Assembly: GCA_965242965.1 (NCBI GenBank)
Contig: OZ251518.1
Location: 1,152,001-1,216,000 of the forward strand
Origin: Candidatus Poribacteria bacterium
GTDB lineage: Bacteria; Poribacteria; WGA-4E; WGA-3G
DNA: 64,000 nucleotides
Direction: 5' to 3'
Positions within the stretch are counted from its first letter, which is position 1. The number at the start of each line of letters is the position of its first letter. A program made the position numbers and the translations under genes. Below are positions 62,353-64,000 of this stretch, one piece after another. The notes under the pieces were generated by a model that did no database searches, was not told the origin of the DNA, and saw nothing but the letters and a program-made list of their open reading frames with translations.

Positions 62353-63924
62353 ATGTTGAACAAGAATTTGGAGGCGAAGAAAGTAGCCGCGGTCCGGAAA
62401 ACTCTGTCCTACGTCCCCGATGCATCGGCGTACGCACCGGTGACAGATTCCCTAGCCCGCGCGGCGGCACTCGGCGAAGATGATATTGTCGCAGTGCTTA
62501 ATAGTTTCAGCTCAATGCCTCAATCCACGACTGTCTTTGCGAATCCGGCGTTGCACAAAACTGCAGTGAAATGCGGGGAGACGGAGATAACGCTCAATGT
62601 CCGCAGTTTCGCCATCCGCGGCATCGTGCTGGAAAGCGAGATTGTCGCGGAGAACCTCAGCCCCGCTTTTGTTATCTTCGCCGGACTCTTCGGTAGGAAA
62701 CCGGAAAAGGATGCCGACGGTATTGATGAAGAGGCTGTGCTGGCAGCATTAATAGATAAGAAATTTTATCGCTTCACGGACATCCGCCGGCTGCATGTGA
62801 ACGGCACACAGCGTCTCATCAACCAAGTCGCGGAATTCGTCAAAGCCTTCCCCGAAGCCGGCCCTGAGACTGTCATTCAACACTTCTCAACGCTCCGAAA
62901 ACTCAATCAGCCACAACAGCGCGGGATGAACGGCACACGAAACCCCGGTTCCCTGCTATTTGAGCTCATCGGAACGCACATGGAAAACGTCGCCCTGGGG
63001 GCAGTCTCTGTCTATATGCGGCACCAACTTCGCGATAACACCGCTTTGCATCCGCAGGTGCTGGCGATGCGCGCGAATGACCTCATCGCGGAACATCTGA
63101 AAAACGGGAAGACGGCTTTCCAAACCTGTTATAGCCTAATCCTTGGCAAACAGGCGAGCACTGTAGAAGCAAATATTTTGGAACGGATGGGCATCATCCA
63201 GACGCACCACGGCTCCGCTGGCTCCAACGTCGTCGCGCGATACCTCGCTACCTTACACACCAGCGCAGTCTCCGACTTCTTCGTCGCCTCGCAGATGACG
63301 TTAGATGGAGACCGGCATTTCGGCGCAATCCACGACATGACAGCGTTTATGAACCAGATTGAACCGCTCGATGCCAACGCGCGAGAAGAAGCAATACGTG
63401 CCAGGATGCTCGTCGCACTGCCGACTTTCGGACACCCAGAAATCGCCGCCGCAGGACGCGCCGAAGAAATCCAGCAAGACCCGAGGCCCGCCATCTACCT
63501 CAACCCGTTCCTTGAAGCTGTTGACAACGCGGAAATCGAACTCAGCGAACGGCAGAAGAAACGGCTAGGTATTATGCAGCGCATTTATCAAATCGCTTTC
63601 ATTGATGGAATCATTCGCCCAGGCCGCGAAAATGACCCGCCGCTTCGGGTTACACCTAACACCGACTTCGGCGGATGGACAGTCCAAGAAGGCCTGGACA
63701 TCTACGAAAACGACCGGACGTTCCTGACATACATCTTCCGCGGATTCGGATGGATGATGGACGCACGCGAACAACTTCAGATGAAGATTATCCGGCCCGT
63801 CATACCCCCGCATCCCGATGTTATTCCCGCACCCACCGACGATACCACTATCGCGAATGAGGTAGTCGCATTGCACAACCGGCTGGCAGGCGCAAATGCT
63901 TTTGACCCGGAGGAACACGCGTAA
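62353..63924 (+). CDS. Divergent citrate-synthase-fold protein
   Basis: HHGSAGS, GDRHFGA, TFGHP, DPR and PNTDF match the spacing of citrate synthase catalytic motifs. Confidence 0.65.
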   Translation: MLNKNLEAKKVAAVRKTLSYVPDASAYAPVTDSLARAAALGEDDIVAVLNSFSSMPQSTTVFANPALHKTAVKCGETEITLNVRSFAIRGIVLESEIVAENLSPAFVIFAGLFGRKPEKDADGIDEEAVLAALIDKKFYRFTDIRRLHVNGTQRLINQVAEFVKAFPEAGPETVIQHFSTLRKLNQPQQRGMNGTRNPGSLLFELIGTHMENVALGAVSVYMRHQLRDNTALHPQVLAMRANDLIAEHLKNGKTAFQTCYSLILGKQASTVEANILERMGIIQTHHGSAGSNVVARYLATLHTSAVSDFFVASQMTLDGDRHFGAIHDMTAFMNQIEPLDANAREEAIRARMLVALPTFGHPEIAAAGRAEEIQQDPRPAIYLNPFLEAVDNAEIELSERQKKRLGIMQRIYQIAFIDGIIRPGRENDPPLRVTPNTDFGGWTVQEGLDIYENDRTFLTYIFRGFGWMMDAREQLQMKIIRPVIPPHPDVIPAPTDDTTIANEVVALHNRLAGANAFDPEEHA

Positions 63925-64000
63925 TGGAATTTGAGAAATTAACTGTCCCAACCGAAGGCGACAGAATTCAGAGCGGCGGCGGACACAGGACTGTCCCGAA
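63924..64000 (+). CDS. icd: Probable NADP-isocitrate dehydrogenase, 5' fragment
   Basis: TAATG coupling; MEFEKLTVPTEGDRI..VP resembles the N-terminus of dimeric IDH. Only 25 codons are visible. Confidence 0.5.
   Translation, partial: MEFEKLTVPTEGDRIQSGGGHRTVP

Overview
Bacterial chromosomal window using the standard code: TGA ends many genes. The gene content resembles Candidatus Poribacteria-type sponge symbionts (LamG proteins with a C-terminal LTTxWGxIK motif, PhyH dioxygenases, C-type lectin proteins, BMC genes); this taxonomy is an inference. It holds a pst/phoU cluster with three PstB paralogues and two K+ channel genes, an Rpn nuclease, a large secreted Ig/LTD protein, M32 peptidase, gpmI, prs, ligA, two single-chain restriction-modification genes, TA modules, a BMC-H/aldehyde dehydrogenase pair and a citrate-synthase-like gene followed by probable icd. 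The strongest signals not explained by the ORF track are: (1) two probable selenoprotein genes broken by in-frame TGA at UxxC motifs, each TGA followed by a SECIS-like hairpin, including an exported five-HMA-domain protein with two Sec; (2) an Rpn gene with an internal SD+ATG, followed by two free-standing, shuffled copies of its C-terminal putative antitoxin module; (3) a pervasive system of GTAG-REP-like hairpin families, often packaged between TGAGGGTGTTTCATA inverted ends, which supply stop codons, truncate a gene, sit between duplicated gene 3' ends and occur in frame inside three protein genes including ligA.
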